Source: an uncultured delta proteobacterium (GTDB lineage Bacteria; Myxococcota; Myxococcia; Myxococcales; Myxococcaceae). From it: a DNA stretch of 64,000 bases. Numbering within the stretch: position 1 is the stretch's first letter; each line of letters opens with the position of its first letter. Shown in pieces: positions 54,939-64,000 of the stretch. Made by a program: the position numbers and the translations under genes. Location of the stretch: positions 1,344,001-1,408,000 of the forward strand of contig CAWCKH010000004.1 of NCBI GenBank assembly GCA_963796055.1, read 5' to 3'. The notes under the pieces are model-generated. The model was not told where the DNA came from. It did not search any database and saw only the letters and a program-made list of their open reading frames with translations.

Positions 54939-55595
54939 ATGACGGCCCTGGAACGGGTGGAGCGTGCCGCGACCGCGCTCAAGGTCTTTCCCCTGCCCTC
55001 GGCCGTGCTCTTTCCGCACACCGTCCTCCCTCTACACATCTTCGAGACGCGCTACCGGTCCCTGGTGAAGTCGGCCCTATCTGGCGACAAGGTGATGGCC
55101 ATGGCGCAGCTCGAGCCGGGTTACGAGGGCAGCTACGCGGGACGTCCCCGCATGCGGCCAATGGTCTGCGCCGGGATCATCGCCTGGCACGAGGAGCTGG
55201 ACGGCGGCCGGTACAACATCATCGTCCAGGGCACGGTTCGGGCGCGCATCCTGGAGGAGCTCCCACCGGATCAGCTCTACCGCGAGGTGCGGGCCGCCAT
55301 CCTTCCGGACTCCGAGTACCACGGCGCCGAGGAAGAGCAGCTTCGCCAGGCGATGCTCGAGCTCGCGGCCCGCCTGCCGCCGCCGGTCGCCCAGGGCCTG
55401 CTCCAGTCCTCGGCGCGCGCCTCGGGCGGCGCGCTGGCCGACGTGGTGGCCTCCAGCGTGGTCGCGGACGTGGAGCGGCGGCAGGAGCTGCTCTGCGAGC
55501 TCGACGTGGGTATCCGTCTCCGCTCGGTGCTGGCCGAGGTCAGCGAGGTGCTGGCCCGGCTCGCCCCGGCCAAGCCCGACGGGCCGGTGAATTGA
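54939..55595 (+). CDS. Lon N-terminal substrate-binding domain protein
   Basis: FPLPSAVLFP..LPLHIFETRY. Confidence 0.88.
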   Translation: MTALERVERAATALKVFPLPSAVLFPHTVLPLHIFETRYRSLVKSALSGDKVMAMAQLEPGYEGSYAGRPRMRPMVCAGIIAWHEELDGGRYNIIVQGTVRARILEELPPDQLYREVRAAILPDSEYHGAEEEQLRQAMLELAARLPPPVAQGLLQSSARASGGALADVVASSVVADVERRQELLCELDVGIRLRSVLAEVSEVLARLAPAKPDGPVN

Positions 55596-55611
55596 AGGGA
55601 GTCTGATCGGG

Positions 55612-57510
55612 ATGCGGCTGGTGAAGATCGGCCTCGCCTCGGTGAACACCACGGTGGGCGCGACCCACGCCAACGTGGAGCGTGCGCTGCGCTTCGCCCG
55701 CGAGATGGCGGCGGCCGACGTGACCATCGCCGCCTACCCCGAGCAGATGGTCGGCGGGTACCCGCCCGAGGACCTCATCCAGTGGCAGGGCTTCGTCGAG
55801 GACCAGTGGCGCGCGCTGGAGCAGTTCGCGAAGCAGACCCGCGATCAGCCCACCGTGCACGTGCTCGGGGTGGCCATCATCCACCAGGGGCTCCGCTACA
55901 ACTGCGCGGCCATCGTCGCCGGAGGGAGCATCCGGGGGCTGGTCCCCAAGGAGAAGCTGCCCACCTACAGCATCTATTACGAGGGCCGCACCTTCGATCG
56001 AGGCTTCCCCTACCAGCTCGACGAGCACCGGGGCATCCCGTTCGGCGATCTCATCTTTCGCTTCGACTTCGGGGTCGTCGCGCCGGAGGTCTGCGAGGAC
56101 GCCTGGACCGCCGAGTGCCCGATGCGCCGGCGCATCTACTCCGGGGCCGAGCTGGTGGTGAACATCTCCGGCTCGGCGTTCCGGGTGGGCACCGACCAGA
56201 CGCGGCGGGAGATGCTCATCACCCGCGCCGCGGACCACCAGTGCACCCTGGCCTACGTGAATCTGGTGGGGGGCAACGACGGGCTGCTGTTCGACGGCGG
56301 CGGCTTCGTCTTCCAGAACGGCAAGCCGATGCTGGACGCGGCGCGGTGGCGCGAGGGGTGGGAGGCGACCACGGTGGACCTCGACCGGACCTTGCGGCTC
56401 CGGAGCGAGAACACCACCTGGCGACAGGACCACGCGGCCTGGGCGGCCTCCCAGGAGCCGGTCCCCGAGGTGGAGATCCCCGGCAAGGAGTTCCGCACCC
56501 GCCGCGAGAAGCTGACCTACCCGGTTCCCGCGCACGGGAGCTTCTTCCTCCCCGGTCCGGAGAAGCATGTGCCAGCGCGGACCCGCTACTGCGAGGAGGT
56601 GCTCGAGGCGCTGGCGATGGGCGTGGGCGACTACTTCGAGAAGAACCGGGTCTTCAAGTCCATCGGGGTGGCGCTGTCGGGCGGGCGGGACTCGCTGCTG
56701 ACGCTCCTCATCGCCCACCGCTGGGCCTCCCGGAAGAAGCCCGAGGCTCCGGGGAGCCTGCTGCGGGCCTTCTACATGCCGAGCCGCTACTCCTCGCCCG
56801 AGACCGAGAAGGCTGCGCGCACCGTCTGCGAGGAGCTCGGCGTGCCCTTCAAGATCTTGAGCATCGACGCGGCGTTCGAGCGCGAGCTGGAGGCGGTGCG
56901 GGAAATGCTCCTGCCGGGCGAGACCGTGACCCAGCTGACCGAGCAGAACATCCAGGCGCGGCTGCGAGGGCAGCGGATGTGGAGCTGGAGCAACTCCAGC
57001 GGCGGGCTGTTCCTCCAGACCGGCAACATGAGCGAACGTGCGGTGGGCTACACCACGGTGGGCGGTGACCTGGAGGGTGCGCTGGCGGTCATCGCCAACG
57101 TGCCGAAGACGGTGGTCATGGTGCTGCTCGACTACCTCCAGGAGGTTCACCCCCTGGAGGGCATCCGGCTGGTGCTCCAGAAGCCGCCTGGCCCCGAGCT
57201 GGCGCCGAACCAGGTGGGGGAGGAGGAGCTGATGCCCTTCCGGGTGCTCGACGCCTGCTTCCACCTCTTCGCCGACGAGAAGCTCTTGCCCGAGGAGGTC
57301 GAGCAGGTGGTGGGCGCGATGTTCCCCGAGCTCGGCAGGGAGACGGTGCACGAGCACGTCACCCGGTTCGTGAAGCTGTTTCTCGGCAGCATCTACAAGT
57401 GGGTGCAGTCGCCGCTGTCGCTGCACATCGGAAACCTGGACCTGGACCGCGAGCGCGCGCTGCAGCTGCCGGTGGTCACGCACGCCGAGTGGGCGCTGAA
57501 GAAGCAGTGA
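55612..57510 (+). CDS. nadE: glutamine-dependent NAD+ synthetase
   Basis: Nitrilase domain (PE, K, CED) + SGGRDS, NIQAR, TGNMSE. Confidence 0.93.
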   Translation: MRLVKIGLASVNTTVGATHANVERALRFAREMAAADVTIAAYPEQMVGGYPPEDLIQWQGFVEDQWRALEQFAKQTRDQPTVHVLGVAIIHQGLRYNCAAIVAGGSIRGLVPKEKLPTYSIYYEGRTFDRGFPYQLDEHRGIPFGDLIFRFDFGVVAPEVCEDAWTAECPMRRRIYSGAELVVNISGSAFRVGTDQTRREMLITRAADHQCTLAYVNLVGGNDGLLFDGGGFVFQNGKPMLDAARWREGWEATTVDLDRTLRLRSENTTWRQDHAAWAASQEPVPEVEIPGKEFRTRREKLTYPVPAHGSFFLPGPEKHVPARTRYCEEVLEALAMGVGDYFEKNRVFKSIGVALSGGRDSLLTLLIAHRWASRKKPEAPGSLLRAFYMPSRYSSPETEKAARTVCEELGVPFKILSIDAAFERELEAVREMLLPGETVTQLTEQNIQARLRGQRMWSWSNSSGGLFLQTGNMSERAVGYTTVGGDLEGALAVIANVPKTVVMVLLDYLQEVHPLEGIRLVLQKPPGPELAPNQVGEEELMPFRVLDACFHLFADEKLLPEEVEQVVGAMFPELGRETVHEHVTRFVKLFLGSIYKWVQSPLSLHIGNLDLDRERALQLPVVTHAEWALKKQ

Positions 57511-58079
57511 GCACCGCGCGGCCGGTCCCCACGCTGGGCGACTGGCTACGGGTCAACCTTGCCATCGGGACGCTGAGCTTTGGCTCGGCGAGCCGGATCC
57601 CCCTCTACGAGGACGCGGTGGTGCGCGTGCACGGCTGGCTCACGCCAGAGGAGTTCGCCGAGGTGCTCACCGTGGCCCAGCTGCTCCCCGGGCCGAACCT
57701 GGTCAATCTCTCGGCGTACCTCGGCTACCGGCTGGTGGGGCCGGTGGGTACCGTCCTGGGCATCCTCTGCCTCTGTCTGCCGGGCGCCGGTCTCGCCGTC
57801 GCGCTCTCCGGCGTGCTGGCGGTGGACCGGCCCTGGGTGCAGGCGCCCCTCCGGGGGATGGCGGTGGCGGGCATCGTCTTGTTGCTGGTCTTTCTCTGGC
57901 ACCGGTTGCCGGGGCTGGCGAGCACGGCCGACCCGGCGACGTCAGCACCGACGCGCGTGCGGGTCGTGCGCGGAGTGCTGCTGGCAACGGTGGCGGCCGC
58001 GACCCTCGCCGGCGCGTCGCTGTTCGCGGTGCTCGCGGTGGCCATTCCCGTGGGCGTCCTTCTGGAGTTCGCCCTGTGA
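57507..58079 (+). CDS. short-chain chromate transporter (CHR), subunit 1
   Basis: LSFGS, WLTPEEF..AQLLPGPN. Confidence 0.85.
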   Translation: MSTARPVPTLGDWLRVNLAIGTLSFGSASRIPLYEDAVVRVHGWLTPEEFAEVLTVAQLLPGPNLVNLSAYLGYRLVGPVGTVLGILCLCLPGAGLAVALSGVLAVDRPWVQAPLRGMAVAGIVLLLVFLWHRLPGLASTADPATSAPTRVRVVRGVLLATVAAATLAGASLFAVLAVAIPVGVLLEFAL

Positions 58080-58603
58080 GGCTGATCGGCCTCTTCTGGA
58101 TCTTCTTCCGGCTGGGGCTGGTGTCGTTCGGCGGCGTGTTCTCGGTGCTTCCGGAACTGCAGCGCGCCCTGGTGGATGGCGGCCTCGTCACCCCGGAGGG
58201 GTTTGTCCAGGCCTTCGTCCTCGGTCAGGTGGTACCCGGGCCGAACATGGCGATGTGCACCGTCATCGGCTGGCACGCGGCGGGCCCCGCCGGGGCGCTG
58301 GTGGCATTCGTCGGCATCTACAGCGGGCCGGTGGCGATCATGGGCGCGGCCTACGCCGTCTACCACCGGTGGCGGAACCTCACCTGGGTGCGGCGGCTGG
58401 AGCTCGCCATGCGCCCAGCGGTGCTGGGGCTCCTCGCCGCCTCGGCGGTGTCGCTGCTGTGGACGGCGGCCGGAAAGCATTACTGGACGTCGCTCGGGGT
58501 GGCGCTGCTGGTGGGGGTGCTCGCGGTGAGGACGCGACTGGGGGCCCTCGCCCTGCTGGCCGCTGGCGGGGTCGCCTGGTCTCTCGGTCAGGCGCTGCTC
58601 TGA
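58076..58603 (+). CDS. short-chain chromate transporter (CHR), subunit 2
   Basis: SFGGV, GQVVPGPN. Confidence 0.85.
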   Translation: MRLIGLFWIFFRLGLVSFGGVFSVLPELQRALVDGGLVTPEGFVQAFVLGQVVPGPNMAMCTVIGWHAAGPAGALVAFVGIYSGPVAIMGAAYAVYHRWRNLTWVRRLELAMRPAVLGLLAASAVSLLWTAAGKHYWTSLGVALLVGVLAVRTRLGALALLAAGGVAWSLGQALL

Positions 58604-58607
58604 CGGG

Positions 58608-59177
58608 TCAGTCCTCGACGATGGAGGTCACCTTCGCCAGCACCTCGTCGAGCACCCCGCGAAGCTTCCGCATGGTGGACGGGCTGAGACGGCCGCGGCG
58701 TGCCGCGCGTCGGAGCACACGGAAGAGCTGGGCGGCGCGCTGCATGAGATCCGCGAGGTCCTCTGCACTCTCGGCCCACCCGCTCGCGCCGGAGCGGTCG
58801 TAGAACTCCTCCACCTCGGCCCGGTGCTCGGCCAGGTCACGCTGACCCTCGGGAGTGATGGCGTAGATGCGCCGCCCGTCGTCGTCGGTGCCGCGGACGT
58901 GCCGGAGCTCCTCCAGCATCTGCAGGGTGGGGTAGATGACCCCCGGGCTGGGGCGGTAGGTCTGACCGCTCCGCTCCTCGATGGCCTGCATGATCTCGTA
59001 GCCGTGCCGGGGCTGCTTCTCCAGCGCGTCGAGGACCAGGTACCGGACCGCGCCTCGCTCCGCCCGCGGCGGAGGACCTCCGAACATGTCCCACCACTCG
59101 GGCCGTCCACCGGGTCCGCGGCGGCCCCACGGACCGCGTCCCATGAAGTGCCATCCCCACGAATCATCGGGTCGCAT
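58608..59177 (-). CDS. PadR-family transcriptional regulator
   Basis: PRHGYEIM..YRPSPGVIYPTLQMLE; GAGGAG RBS. Confidence 0.92.
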   Translation of the reverse strand: MRPDDSWGWHFMGRGPWGRRGPGGRPEWWDMFGGPPPRAERGAVRYLVLDALEKQPRHGYEIMQAIEERSGQTYRPSPGVIYPTLQMLEELRHVRGTDDDGRRIYAITPEGQRDLAEHRAEVEEFYDRSGASGWAESAEDLADLMQRAAQLFRVLRRAARRGRLSPSTMRKLRGVLDEVLAKVTSIVED

Positions 59178-59214
59178 CGAAATTCACTCCTCGCCGGACT
59201 CGCCGGCCATCCAC

Positions 59215-59256
59215 GACACATCGACTCGATGTGTCTTTGAGATATATCTATAGATA
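59215..59256. promoter_or_regulatory. clustered palindromes, putative PadR operator/promoter
   Basis: GACACATCGA-C-TCGATGTGTC, AGATATATCT, TATCTATAGATA. Confidence 0.6.
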
Positions 59257-59320
59257 GCTCGGCGGTGGCACCGGCGCCAGCCAGGGGGCAGGACCTTGAA
59301 TTGACTGGGGAAATGGGCGG

Positions 59321-59806
59321 TCAGCGCCGGTGCACGCTGCGGTCTCGGCCGGCCTGCTTCGCGCGGGTGCAGGCGGTCTCGGCCGCCTCGAGCAGGTTGC
59401 CCCACGGTTCGGAGGGCCGGAGCGAGGCCACGCCCACGCTCACCGTCGCCAAAACGCAGGGGTCGGCCCGGGCGGCGCCGCGGAGCCGATCGGCGACCGC
59501 GCACGCACGGGGGAGTGCCCAGCCGGGGAGCAGCAGCCCGAAGGTGTCCGAACCGAGGCGCCCGATGGGCCCGGCGCCGTTGCTCTCGGACGAGATGCGC
59601 TGGGCCAGCGCCTCGAGGCAGGTGTCGGCGGCGAGATCACCCCGTACGTCGCGGAGCGCCTGGAACTCGTCCACGTCGATCACCAGCAGGCTGCACGGCT
59701 GCGCCGCCCGCCGCGCCACCTGGACGCCGAACGCCACCTCGCGCTCGAACGCCTGACGGGTGTACACGCCGGTCTCGAGGTCCAGCTCGACCACCCGGGC
59801 GCTCAT
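59321..59806 (-). CDS. stand-alone degenerate GGDEF-domain protein
   Basis: IDVDEF, RLGSDTF, TVSVGVA, AKQAGR. Confidence 0.8.
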   Translation of the reverse strand: MSARVVELDLETGVYTRQAFEREVAFGVQVARRAAQPCSLLVIDVDEFQALRDVRGDLAADTCLEALAQRISSESNGAGPIGRLGSDTFGLLLPGWALPRACAVADRLRGAARADPCVLATVSVGVASLRPSEPWGNLLEAAETACTRAKQAGRDRSVHRR

Positions 59807-60426
59807 GGCGCGCTCGCCCCCGAGGCCGCCCGCGTCTTGGCTGCGGCGCGGACGAAGCCGTCGTACTGGCGAAGGGCCGCTTCGCCCACCAGCTGGATGT
59901 GCTGGTTGTTCAGCCAGGCGGTGACCGGCGCGGCCACCAGCGGCATCGCCCGGCCCACGGTCGCGAATCCACCCTTCGCGGCCAGCACCTCGGCGACCTT
60001 GCCCAGCACCCGCGGGCCGGAACGCTTGAGCGGTCCGACCCCGTTCGCCTCACCCAGCACCCCGAGCAGCTCGGTCCGGGCGCGCCGGAACCGGAGGTCC
60101 ACCCCGTAGGCGGTGGCGATGTCGGCCAGCAGGCGGATCTGTAGCCAGGCCATGACCAGGAGGTCCGCCGGCACGCTCACCAGGCCGAACACGCCGCTCA
60201 CCGAGCCGCTGAGGGAGGCCAGGCCCTTGGTGGAGTCGATGGCGTGCTGTCCGAGCTCGCGCGCCCCCGCCGTCGGGTAGCGGGTACGGAGCGCCTTGAT
60301 CCGCGTGCGCGCCCGCTTCGCCTCGAGTCCGACCACGTCCTCCATCCGCAGCGAGCCGAGGCGCTTCAGGGACGACGGCCGGAGCTTCTTCAAGAAGTCG
60401 AGGCGTTCGCTGTCGAGCAGTCCCAC
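59803..60426 (-). CDS. EcsC-like family protein
   Basis: SGSVSGVFGL..ADL..QIRLLADIATAYG. Confidence 0.65.
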   Translation of the reverse strand: MGLLDSERLDFLKKLRPSSLKRLGSLRMEDVVGLEAKRARTRIKALRTRYPTAGARELGQHAIDSTKGLASLSGSVSGVFGLVSVPADLLVMAWLQIRLLADIATAYGVDLRFRRARTELLGVLGEANGVGPLKRSGPRVLGKVAEVLAAKGGFATVGRAMPLVAAPVTAWLNNQHIQLVGEAALRQYDGFVRAAAKTRAASGASAP

Positions 60427-60541
60427 GGTGGAGATCCTGGCAGCGGCCTGGTCTCCCCGGCAACGGCCGAGCGACTGGTTTCCGCGCTGTTCGATGAACG
60501 CTCGGCAGCCCGGTACGATTTCGCACCAGGAGTGCGCAGAC

Positions 60542-61360
60542 CTACGACTGTCCCAGACGTGAGGCCACCCGGGTCGCCTCCTCGACCGCCCGGGCGAGGA
60601 CCGAGCGGATTCGCCCGTCCTCGAGGGTCAGCAGCCCGGCGATGGTGCATCCGGCGGGGGTGGTGACCTGGTCCTTCAGCGCCGCAGGATGCATCCCCGT
60701 CTGGAGCACCATCCGGGCCGAGCCCTGGAGCATCTGGGCGGCAATCTCCATCGCCACGTCGCGCCGGAGGCCCATCATCACTCCCCCTTCTGCGAGCGCC
60801 TCGATGATGAGGTAGGCGAACGCCGGTCCGCTGCTGTTCAGCGCGGTCACCACGTCCATCGACTTCTCCTCGAGCTCGAGGCACCGGCCGACGGCCCGGA
60901 ACAGCTGGAGGGCGGTGCGCACGTGTGCGTCCGTGGCCAGGGGGCCCCGGGAGACCACCGTCATCCCCTCGCCGATGAGGGCAGGGGTGTTGGGCATTGC
61001 CCGGATGAGCGGGCTCTCGGGGAGCCAGCGGCGGATCTGCTCCAGGCGCACGCCTGCGGCGACGCTCACCACCAGCTTGCCCCGGAGCGCGTCGCGCATC
61101 TCGCCGGTGTCCAGCACCGCCGCCAGCTGCTGCGGCTTGAGGCTCACCAGCAGCGCGTTGGCCTCGCGCGCAACCGACAGGTTGTCCACCGTGGCCCGGA
61201 CGCCGTGCTTCTTGGCCAGCATCTCGGCTGCCTCCGTCCGTCGCGTGGAGACCACCAGGCGGGCGGGGACCAGCGAGCCCGAGTGGATCAGCCCGCGCAC
61301 GATTGCCTCGCCCACCGTTCCACAACCCAGGACGCCCAGGGTACCGTCGTTCTCCAGCAT
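60542..61360 (-). CDS. proC: pyrroline-5-carboxylate reductase
   Basis: GCGTVG, RAMPNTP, SGPAF, VTTPAGCT. Confidence 0.95.
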   Translation of the reverse strand: MLENDGTLGVLGCGTVGEAIVRGLIHSGSLVPARLVVSTRRTEAAEMLAKKHGVRATVDNLSVAREANALLVSLKPQQLAAVLDTGEMRDALRGKLVVSVAAGVRLEQIRRWLPESPLIRAMPNTPALIGEGMTVVSRGPLATDAHVRTALQLFRAVGRCLELEEKSMDVVTALNSSGPAFAYLIIEALAEGGVMMGLRRDVAMEIAAQMLQGSARMVLQTGMHPAALKDQVTTPAGCTIAGLLTLEDGRIRSVLARAVEEATRVASRLGQS

Positions 61361-62528
61361 GCCCTCGGACCTACCACAGCCCGGCCTGCGGCCTCCGCTG
61401 GGGGACGCGCAGCGCATCGTGGTGAAGCTGGGCACCCAGGTGGTGACCCACGATGGGCGGTCGCTCGCCCTGGGTCGGCTGATGTCTCTGGTAGAGGAGA
61501 TGGCCCTGCTCCAGCAGGCCAACCGGCAGATCCTCCTGGTCTCCAGTGGGGCGGTGGCGCTGGGGATGAAGCAGCTGGGGTTGGCGGAGCGGCCGCGCTC
61601 GCTCGGGCTTCGCCAGGCGTGCGCCGCGGTGGGGCAGGGGCACCTGGTCGCGCTCTACACCTCGGCGTTCGCCCAGTTCGGGGTGACGGCGGCCCAGGTG
61701 CTGCTCACCGAGAGCGACCTCGGCGACCGCGACCGGGCGCTCTGCGTCCGGACGACCTTGATGCGGCTCCTGGAGCTGCGCGCGGTGCCGGTACTGAACG
61801 AGAACGACAGCGTGAGCATCCGCGAGCTGGTGGAGCACCGCCGTTCCCAGGGCACCGAGACGGGGGCGACGGCCTTCGGCGACAACGACGGGCTCAGCGC
61901 GCGCGTGGCCATCGGGGTGGACGCTGATCTCCTGGTGCTCCTGACCGACGTGGACGGGCTGTACACCGCCGACCCGCGGACCGACCCCGACGCACGGCGC
62001 CTCGACCTGGTGGACGCCGAGACCCCGCGCCTGGGAGGGGTGAGCGCCGGTGGAACGGGCGGCATGTCGAGCAAGCTGGAGGCGGCGCGTCTGGCGAGCC
62101 GGGCCGGGGTGACGGTGGTCATCGCCTCGGGGGCCGCCCCGAACGTGCTCCGGCGCCTCCTCTCGGGCGAGGCGGTGGGGACCTGCATTCCTCCCGCCGA
62201 GCGGAGGGCTGTCCGTCGCCAGCGCATCGCGCTCGCCCCCCATGCCGGTGCGCTGGTGGCGAACGACGGGGCGCTCTCGGCGCTGGAGGGAGGCCGGGCC
62301 TCGCTCCTGCCCATCGGCGTGCTGGCGGTGGAGGGCGACTTCCGCGAGGGCGACGTGGTGGAGATCCGCGACGGCTCGGGCCGGGTACGTGGGCGGGGCC
62401 TCGCCAATTACGATGCCCGGGCCTGCCGGGCGCTGGTCGGCCGGCACAGCGAGGAGATCGAGGACGTGCTCGGCTGGCGCGGCTACGACGCGCTGGTCAC
62501 CCGCGACAACCTGGTGTTCGGGCCATGA
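61359..62528 (+). CDS. proB: glutamate 5-kinase
   Basis: VVKLGT, VSSGAV, NENDSV, FGDND, GTGGM, PUA domain. Confidence 0.95.
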   Translation: MPSDLPQPGLRPPLGDAQRIVVKLGTQVVTHDGRSLALGRLMSLVEEMALLQQANRQILLVSSGAVALGMKQLGLAERPRSLGLRQACAAVGQGHLVALYTSAFAQFGVTAAQVLLTESDLGDRDRALCVRTTLMRLLELRAVPVLNENDSVSIRELVEHRRSQGTETGATAFGDNDGLSARVAIGVDADLLVLLTDVDGLYTADPRTDPDARRLDLVDAETPRLGGVSAGGTGGMSSKLEAARLASRAGVTVVIASGAAPNVLRRLLSGEAVGTCIPPAERRAVRRQRIALAPHAGALVANDGALSALEGGRASLLPIGVLAVEGDFREGDVVEIRDGSGRVRGRGLANYDARACRALVGRHSEEIEDVLGWRGYDALVTRDNLVFGP

Positions 62529-63805
62529 GCGTGGTGGCCGACCGGGTGCAGCGGGCGATCGACGCCGGTGGGCGCCTGGCGCGGGCGCCGGCCCAGGCCC
62601 GCACGACGGCGCTCGAGCGTCTGGCCGAGGCACTGGTGGACCCCGGCCCCCGGGCGCGCGTCCTCGAGGCGAACGGGCGCGACCTCGCCGCGGCCGCGGG
62701 GCTCGCCTCGCCGTTGCTCAAGCGGCTGAAGCTCGACACTTCGAAGCTGCAGACGCTGGCCGACGGGGCCCGTCAGCTGGCCGCGCGGGCGGATCCGCTG
62801 GGGACGGTGCTCGCCCACCGGAAGCTCGACGAGGGACTGGTGCTGACGCAGGAGAGATGTCCGCTCGGGGTCCTGGCGGTGGTCTTCGAGTCGCGTCCCG
62901 ATGCGCTGGTGCAGATCGCTTCCCTGGCCCTGCGCTCCGGCAACGCCGTCTTGCTCAAGGGCGGACGCGAGGCCGCCGCGTCGAACCGCGCGCTGGCCGA
63001 CATGGTGCGTGGGGCGCTGGAGCGGGCCGGGCTGCCCCCCGACGCGGTGCAGCTGCTCGACGACCGGGCCGAGGTGGAGGCGCTGCTCGGGCTGGAGAAG
63101 GGCGTGGACCTGGTGGTCGCTCGCGGGGGGAAGGAGTTCGTGGAACAGGTGCGTGCCCGGAGCCGGATCCCGGTGCTCGCCCACGCCGAGGGTGTGTGCC
63201 ACGTCTTCCTGCATCACTCCGCGGACCCGGGAAAGGCCGCGGGCATCGTCGTCGACAGCAAGTGCAGCTACCCGGCGGCGTGCAATGCGCTGGAGACCCT
63301 GCTCTGGGAGCCCGGGGCGGAGGCGGCGCTGGACGCGAGCGTTGCAGCGCTGCGGTCAGGGGGCGTCGAGCTCCGGGGCGATGCACCCACCCGCGCCCGG
63401 CATCCGGAGATGAAGGCCGCAACCGAGGCCGACTGGGAGGCCGAGTACGGGGCGCTGATCCTCGCCATCGCCCGGGTCTCCGACCTGGACGCCGCGCTGG
63501 CGCACATCGCGCGGCACGGGTCGCAGCACACCGAGGCGATCGTCGCCGAGGACCACGCGGCCGCCGAGCGCTTCCTCGCCGAGGTGGACGCCGCCTGCGT
63601 GTTCCACGACGCGAGCACCCGCTTCGCGGACGGCTACCGCTTCGGTCTCGGGGGAGAGGTGGGCATCGGAACCGGCAAGCTGCATGCCCGCGGGCCGGTG
63701 GGCGTCGATGGGCTCCTCACCTTCCGCTGGCTGCTCCGGGGCTCGGGGCAGGTGAGCGCCGACTACGGCCCCGGGAAGAAGCCGTTCCGCCACGAGGATC
63801 TCTGA
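62525..63805 (+). CDS. proA: gamma-glutamyl phosphate reductase
   Basis: FESRP, LKGGREA, ACNALETLL, ASTRFADG, KLHARGPVG. Confidence 0.96.
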   Translation: MSVVADRVQRAIDAGGRLARAPAQARTTALERLAEALVDPGPRARVLEANGRDLAAAAGLASPLLKRLKLDTSKLQTLADGARQLAARADPLGTVLAHRKLDEGLVLTQERCPLGVLAVVFESRPDALVQIASLALRSGNAVLLKGGREAAASNRALADMVRGALERAGLPPDAVQLLDDRAEVEALLGLEKGVDLVVARGGKEFVEQVRARSRIPVLAHAEGVCHVFLHHSADPGKAAGIVVDSKCSYPAACNALETLLWEPGAEAALDASVAALRSGGVELRGDAPTRARHPEMKAATEADWEAEYGALILAIARVSDLDAALAHIARHGSQHTEAIVAEDHAAAERFLAEVDAACVFHDASTRFADGYRFGLGGEVGIGTGKLHARGPVGVDGLLTFRWLLRGSGQVSADYGPGKKPFRHEDL

Positions 63806-64000
63806 GCGGGCGCGCACCGCCCGCCGGTCGAGGAAGAACGTCGGGACCTCGAAGGCCACCACCCGTCCGTCCTCGTCCCGGATGTCCTGGACCGTCATCG
63901 AACGCCTCGGACACGGAGGCGGGATGTTCACGGCAGCCGCGCTCGGCCCTCGCGCCGCCCCCGCCTCGCCCCCCCAAAAAAAGAGTTTGCTTCCTGCATG

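Noticed and set aside
63802..64000. Minus-strand ORF fragment MTVQDIRDEDG.. and A-tract at the window end
   Set aside because: Runs antisense into proA; too little context to call

Overview
GC-rich chromosomal window from a myxobacterium (Myxococcota; inferred from aglRQS, bacM after parAB, a Myxococcus-type parS and a kinase-TonB fusion). It spans the replication origin: gyrB-recF-dnaN, oriC, dnaA, rpmH-rnpA-yidD-yidC-jag-like, rsmG, parS-parA-parB-bacM. After that come egtD/egtB (frameshifted), kynA, F1 ATP synthase genes split in two blocks with foreign genes inside, an Hsp70, a sigma54 two-component module, a GTPase pair, the aglRQS gliding motor, nadE, a chromate-transporter pair and proC/proBA. 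No transposase, prophage or CRISPR array was seen. Most notable unexplained structure: (1) a modular repeat family with four loci, each starting exactly on a TAG stop codon; (2) a divergent HK/NtrC-type pair facing two duplicated tiny Lys-rich secreted proteins, each with its own -24/-12 promoter; (3) a Fur-box-preceded cytochrome c lipoprotein and a decayed gene inside the dnaA-dnaN origin gap; (4) a Ser/Thr kinase-TonB fusion between atpH and atpA; (5) a coupled DTPD-type GTPase pair; (6) proC and proB sharing one CATG. All family calls come from motif recognition by eye; no searches were run.
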